DNA of 59,342 nucleotides, counting the filler, from Bradymonadales bacterium (GTDB lineage: Bacteria; Bdellovibrionota; UBA2394), in NCBI GenBank assembly GCA_007693605.1. It is 6 parts of 6 records of this genome, joined end to end, with 100 filler letters (N's around TTAATTAATTAA, not from the genome) between each part and the next. Parts side by side here need not be neighbours in the genome. Positions count along the whole stretch, not along the records: positions 53,404 to 56,334 come from REDG01000019.1; positions 56,435 to 59,342 come from REDG01000002.1; 4 more parts are not named here. One strand, written 5' to 3'. Shown here piece by piece: positions 55,903 to 59,342 of this stretch (within the stretch, counting starts at the first letter, position 1; each line of letters begins with the position of its first letter). The notes under the pieces were generated by a model that searched no databases, was not told where the DNA came from, and was given only the letters and a program-made list of their open reading frames with translations. A program made the translations under genes and the position numbers.

Positions 55903-56310
55903 TCAGGCTATCGAGCTGAGCATGGATTGTCGACGAAGAGAAATAATCTTTTCCACTTGTGCGGCCACTTCCTGCGGAGAAACCGGAAGGCTGTAGCTGA
56001 GAATCGGATGAAGTTGAAGTGCCTTGAGGCTCTGAGAGTCAGCCTGTTGTGTCGTCAAGAAGACGAAGTCGACTAGAGCACCTCTTTCTTTGAGGGATGC
56101 TAAGAGCTCTAAGGCACTTAAGCTTGGCAGACTCCGATCGAGCAGCAAAAGATCTAGGTCTTGCTCTCTTTGAATTTGGTCCAGGGCCTTTGCGCCATCC
56201 GATGCATTGAGAACAACAAAGTCTTTCTTCTTTAAGAGATGACAGAGGCTGATTCGAAGGTTTGGCTCAGAGATTGCTAGAAGAAGTTTTCCTTTGGCCT
56301 TCTGTGACAT
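55903..56310 (-). CDS. Single-domain, atypical response regulator receiver
   Basis: ASDG..AL, DLLLLD..LP; acidic pocket and conserved Lys degenerate. Confidence 0.75.
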   Translation of the reverse strand: MSQKAKGKLLLAISEPNLRISLCHLLKKKDFVVLNASDGAKALDQIQREQDLDLLLLDRSLPSLSALELLASLKERGALVDFVFLTTQQADSQSLKALQLHPILSYSLPVSPQEVAAQVEKIISLRRQSMLSSIA

Positions 56311-56334
56311 TCTATATTTAGTGTAGCCCACTTC

Positions 56335-56434
56335 NNNNNNNNNNNNNNNNNNNNNNNNNNNNNNNNNNNNNNNNNNNNTTAATTAATTAANNNNNNNNNN
56401 NNNNNNNNNNNNNNNNNNNNNNNNNNNNNNNNNN
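56335..56434. other. Artificial contig linker
   Basis: N44-TTAATTAATTAA-N44. Confidence 0.99.
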
Positions 56435-56522
56435 TTCTATCCGGGGGAGCCCGCTTTTTTCAAACCCTAACGATTATTGGGACATCACCGTTTCCGACCC
56501 CAGGCAAGATCCAAGAGCTAGT

Positions 56523-57068
56523 TTGTTTGGGCTCTCCACGCCACAGTTAATTGTTCCAACAATGCGACGGCTCTCCTATCGAGAGCAGAATGCTTTTACT
56601 GCTCCGATCGACGTCTTTACTCTCTCGGCTGAGAAGGATCAGGATCTGAATATGGCTAATCAACTATGGGGGCTTTCGAAGCAAAGTCGTCTTCAACAGT
56701 CTTCAGATCGGTCTGTTAATAAAGGGGATTACAATGGATTTCTTAGGCGCTTACAAATGGAAGAAGACCGAAGAACTTATGTAGATGAGCATTCATCCTC
56801 TGACGGAGCTTGGCTCGTAGCTGAAATGATTACCTACTTGGAATGGAGAGAAGATCTAATGGGACCTCCGCCGCAAAGCAGGAACCTAGCTCAAATGAGT
56901 GTGCCTCGCTTTCTTTGGGCTTTTGGATCTCAAAGCAAAACTGTTCCAGGTTATAAAATTCACAATGCCCTGCAAGAGGTTCGTAAAATTGATCCTTCGA
57001 TATCAGAGAGTGATGTCCAAAGTGCTATGAAGGTCCTACAAGACTTTGCTAACCAGTGGGAGGATTAG
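56523..57068 (+). CDS. Hypothetical protein (may be 5' truncated)
   Basis: 181-aa ORF near the contig start. Confidence 0.5.
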   Translation: MFGLSTPQLIVPTMRRLSYREQNAFTAPIDVFTLSAEKDQDLNMANQLWGLSKQSRLQQSSDRSVNKGDYNGFLRRLQMEEDRRTYVDEHSSSDGAWLVAEMITYLEWREDLMGPPPQSRNLAQMSVPRFLWAFGSQSKTVPGYKIHNALQEVRKIDPSISESDVQSAMKVLQDFANQWED

Positions 57069-57371
57069 TACAGGCTCAGTATTCAACAAGCTGAGCTGTT
57101 TGACTTCTCTCGTTTCAGATGCTCATGAATTCGCAGATATCCGTAGCCGAGGCGGGTCACTTAGGGATTTATCTTCCCGAATACGACCTTGTTCCTGAAC
57201 CAACAAAATGTTGGCCCCCCTCTTTTTCTCGAAAATTAAGGGATGCAAAATCCTAGAAATTCGATAGAAATGCCTTTGTTGTGAACGGTTGGAGGCGGCC
57301 TCGCCTTAGTTAAGGTCGCCGATACCAGTAGGCTCGATTACAATGTGCCAGCTCAGATGGCACCAGTATCA

Positions 57372-57412
57372 GGAGGAGTGGCCGAGTGGTTGAAGGCACC
57401 GGTCTTGAAAAC
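57372..57412 (+). pseudogene. 5' half of tRNA-Ser(TGA), likely an att junction
   Basis: GGAGGAGTGGCCGAGTGGTTGAAGGCACCGGTCTTGAAAAC, then non-tRNA sequence. Confidence 0.8.
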
Positions 57413-57625
57413 TCTTTCCAAAAACAGACCAAAATCTACAAAAACCGCTAGAGATGGCTTTAAATGCGATAACTAGCAAAATCACACTCAAAAGAATTCC
57501 ATAGTCGATTTCTCTTTGTTCTTAGTTTTACCCAGGTTTACGCAGGCTTACTTTTTAGTCTCACCCCTCCCGCGCCCCTCGGAATACTCCACAAGCCCCA
57601 TGCTTTGTGATATCGATAGCTTTAG

Positions 57626-57850
57626 ATGAGTGACATTGAGCAGCGATACATTGCAGAGCTTCAATCGTGGAGCGGAACTCGAAAGCTGGAGAGAGTTGCA
57701 TCTCTTTACGAGTCTACAAAGGATATGCTCGCTCTGCAGATTATGAAAGAATGGCCATCGATTTCTGAAAGTGAGCTGAGACTTAAAATCGCTGAAAGGC
57801 TTTACGCTTCAGACAAAGAAATTCACCACCTGCTTAGTCGAGCTCATTGA
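57626..57850 (+). CDS. Small antitoxin-like partner protein
   Basis: Q.WSG..KL...P..SE.EL....AERLY; coupled to the NTase gene. Confidence 0.7.
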   Translation: MSDIEQRYIAELQSWSGTRKLERVASLYESTKDMLALQIMKEWPSISESELRLKIAERLYASDKEIHHLLSRAH

Positions 57851-57852
57851 AA

Positions 57853-58410
57853 ATGCAGACCCAGGACTTAAACTCCGCCCTAAAAAAAATCGTCCAGATG
57901 CTTTCGAAGCATAGTGTGAAGTTCCACCTCACGGGTGGCTTGGCCTCGTCCTTCTATGGCGAACCTCGATTCACGCAAGACATCGATCTTGTTGTGACCT
58001 TTGATTTAGAATTTGACTTAGCCTCTCTACTCTCGGATCTGGATGAACACTACTTCATTGATGACCAGCTTATTCGAGAATCAATTCAAAATAGGAAAAT
58101 GTTTCAAGCGCTCGACAAAGAGACGATGATTAAGATCGATTTTCATGTCGGTGAGCTGATCGATGGTGAGCTATCGAGAAGCCGGTCAGAAGAAATCTTC
58201 AAAGGCATTACCGCACCGATTGTGTCCATCGAGGATGCTATTTTGGCAAAGCTCATATGGATTCAGCAAGGAAGTCATAAAAGCCGGCAAGATGTGGAGT
58301 TGATGCTCAAGCTTGGGAGACAGATTGACTGGCAGTACCTTGAGAGGTCAGCTTTGAAGTTCGGGGTGAACGAGATTCTAACCGGCTTGTCAGGTGGAGA
58401 ACCGAGATAG
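57853..58410 (+). CDS. Pol-beta-type nucleotidyltransferase (AbiEii/DUF6036-like)
   Basis: LTGGLAS..YGEPR.TQDID, ED.IL.KL.W, D..YL. Confidence 0.85.
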   Translation: MQTQDLNSALKKIVQMLSKHSVKFHLTGGLASSFYGEPRFTQDIDLVVTFDLEFDLASLLSDLDEHYFIDDQLIRESIQNRKMFQALDKETMIKIDFHVGELIDGELSRSRSEEIFKGITAPIVSIEDAILAKLIWIQQGSHKSRQDVELMLKLGRQIDWQYLERSALKFGVNEILTGLSGGEPR

Positions 58411-58549
58411 CCCATCAATGGCGTCCTTCTTGACTTTTTTGGCTGCGTTTTGATCGATAAGGCGCGGAAGTTGCTTCAAAAGGCTGTTCTGTAAGCATTT
58501 GAAATTAGAGCTTGTCGCAGTTGGGACTCTCATTCTGCGAAATGATTAA

Positions 58550-59305
58550 GTGTTCTTGTATGATTTCAATGACATAAGCCGGTACAGTTCTTGCTTAATG
58601 ATCTTTAAGATGGAGGAGAAATATTTTTTGAGGTTCAAAAAGAATAAGATTCTCTCGAGCGTGTTATTCGCTTTAGTTTTAGCAATCTGCTCTTACTATC
58701 CGGCGCAAGCTCATGGAAATCTTCGATCCCTCGTTGATAGATGTGTTTGGGCGTTGACAGCGAGTAGAGAACAAAAGCTTGCAAAAGAAATCCAAGAGAG
58801 GCGAGATTTGATGGCTCGCGCACCATTCCCCAAACAGCCAGGAATAATGATATCGACTTACGATGTCGACTCGATCTCCGGTGTGATCTTCAAACCTAAG
58901 GACCATTATTTCCCTGTCCCTGATAATCACTCCGGCTTTGGAACACCTGGTCCAGCTACTGACCAGAAAGGCAAGCTCATTGGTGAGCACATTCGTTTAT
59001 TTTACCACCGCACGGTTGAAGCCTGGACTGCAGAAGACACACGAAATTATTATACCAAAAATCGGCCTTGGGACTTGATTATGCATTTTTCAGGGGAGGT
59101 TGAAAGCCATTATGCGGGTGAGTTAACTCTCCTTATCCTTCACAAGTTTTACAAAGAGATGGATGGCCTATCTCAGATAATGGGCAGGGGCATGGCCTCG
59201 GCAGGAACCTACAGACACGAAAGGTCGCTCCTTGGGGAGAAAATAGGTGAGTTTGTGAAAAGTCTCTCCGGAAAAACTTGGGAAAAGTGGACTGCGGGCG
59301 TTTGA
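58550..59305 (+). CDS. Secreted hypothetical protein
   Basis: Signal-like segment ending AQA; start uncertain. Confidence 0.6.
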   Translation: MFLYDFNDISRYSSCLMIFKMEEKYFLRFKKNKILSSVLFALVLAICSYYPAQAHGNLRSLVDRCVWALTASREQKLAKEIQERRDLMARAPFPKQPGIMISTYDVDSISGVIFKPKDHYFPVPDNHSGFGTPGPATDQKGKLIGEHIRLFYHRTVEAWTAEDTRNYYTKNRPWDLIMHFSGEVESHYAGELTLLILHKFYKEMDGLSQIMGRGMASAGTYRHERSLLGEKIGEFVKSLSGKTWEKWTAGV

Positions 59306-59342
59306 CTGGAGGGGGTAACACTTAGGGATTTGGGGGATCGGC

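Noticed and set aside
57344..57363. TGTGCC..GGCAC hairpin upstream of the tRNA-Ser half as a third leader example
   Set aside because: The hairpin is similar, but no antisense copy of the Ser D-arm accompanies it; may be chance.

Overview
Metagenome-style window of six contigs joined by artificial N44-TTAATTAATTAA-N44 linkers (17325-17424, 34269-34368, 37942-38041, 53304-53403, 56335-56434), so adjacency across linkers is not biological. The recR-mglB-mglA locus, a Bd0055-like bacterial histone and many sigma54-preceded orphan secreted proteins point to a Bdellovibrionota-like or other former-Deltaproteobacteria host. Contig 1 holds a 10.7 kb phage-satellite (PICI-like) island in tRNA-Asn: integrase, two HTH/AlpA genes, primase-polymerase, DUF3987 helicase, cosQ-like motif with a Nu1/Rpp-like gene, and UDG-like, cold-shock and type IIG restriction-modification cargo. 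Housekeeping genes include mglA, recR, a cysteine desulfurase, coaE, deoC-pdp-punA-mtaD, dnaE, hflX, an IMPDH/GMPR gene, ung, tadA and a REC-HEAT-GT2 operon. The most unusual signals are non-coding and tRNA-centred. (1) A ~143-148 bp structured module with covarying stems, each copy ending in a 32-nt copy of the tRNA 3' end, lies downstream of both tRNA-Gly (3 copies) and the displaced tRNA-Asn end (1 copy). (2) A leader architecture carrying an antisense copy of the cognate D-arm lies upstream of tRNA-Asn and in tandem tRNA-Arg 5' fragments. (3) Small toxin-antitoxin-rich cassettes are separated by repeats resembling the tRNA-Trp 3' end. (4) A tRNA-Ser 5' half is followed by arm-like repeats. 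The ORF track also misses the 57-aa histone gene and a sigma54-driven ~105-nt sRNA next to an enhancer-binding two-component system. All calls come from reading motifs by eye; no searches were run.
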